Shown piece by piece: positions 63,755-64,000 of a DNA stretch of 64,000 nt. Position 1 is the first letter of the stretch, and the number at the start of each line of letters is the position of its first letter. The DNA comes from a virus, in the IMG/VR virus record IMGVR_UViG_3300037510_000655; one strand, 5' to 3'. The notes under the pieces were generated by a model. That model worked only from the letters and a program-made list of their open reading frames with translations. It was not told where the DNA came from and did no database searches. Made by a program: the position numbers and the translations under genes.

Positions 63755-64000
63755 ATGTTCGCCATCGAGATCACCGAGAAAGAAATCAAGAGCCTGCTCT
63801 GCACCGCCTTCGACGGCGGGATCTTCTACTGGTGCCACAAGTTCGACTACCAGTTTCCCGAGGGCATCAGCGAGGCGGACTTCCGCGAGGGCGGCAAGTT
63901 CGGTGCCGACCCTGACGAGAAATACTTCGACGCCCGCGAGCGCGCGCCCCTCATGCACGGCTGCTCGCTCATCCTGCACGACCTCGTCGAGGGCAAGAAA
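63755..64000 (+). CDS. Hypothetical protein, runs off the window end
   Basis: AAGGA RBS; MFAIEITEKEIKSLLCTAFDGGIFYW; no stop before base 64000. Confidence 0.55.
   Translation, partial: MFAIEITEKEIKSLLCTAFDGGIFYWCHKFDYQFPEGISEADFREGGKFGADPDEKYFDARERAPLMHGCSLILHDLVEGKK

Noticed and set aside
1-64000. tRNA, rRNA or tmRNA genes
   Set aside because: I saw no cloverleaf with a T-loop GTTCRA and matching acceptor stem, and no rRNA-like tract. A tRNAscan/ARAGORN run would be needed to exclude them fully.

Overview
The whole 64 kb reads as one large, GC-rich virus or provirus; no host housekeeping genes are visible. A myxobacterial-type host is an inference from the RpoH-like sigma factor, Fis-type HTHs, many lipoproteins and a c-type cytochrome. 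Layout: (1) 1-19 kb, mostly + strand: nucleotide metabolism, recombination and regulation (dCTP deaminase, intein-containing class II RNR, RecU-like nuclease, ParB-like protein, sigma-70 factor, tyrosine recombinase, REC protein, di-heme cytochrome). (2) 20-28.5 kb, - strand: amidase lysis cassette and spike/depolymerase genes. (3) 29.5-37.8 kb, - strand: glycosylation cluster. (4) 37.8-52.9 kb, - strand: a tightly coupled block with no recognisable terminase, portal or HK97 capsid. It encodes a candidate single jelly-roll capsid protein, a transglutaminase-like Cys protease, two muralytic enzymes and a run of tail-anchored membrane proteins. Most proteins in the block share short motifs ([DE][VI][LF]G, YxxGLDxL, TKIKG-like), and I propose these mark a protease-driven maturation/assembly system of an unusually large membrane-containing tailless virus. 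(5) 53-56.7 kb: protamine-like proteins, RadA/Sms-like ATPase and RHH regulators. (6) 56.7-57.5 kb: non-coding control region with palindromes, IHF-like inverted repeats and a sigma70-like promoter. (7) 57.5-64 kb, + strand: small 'early'-type genes, many preceded by RBS-sequestering hairpins, including a duplicated ~80-nt structured RNA motif. All family assignments come from motif recognition by eye; no searches were run.
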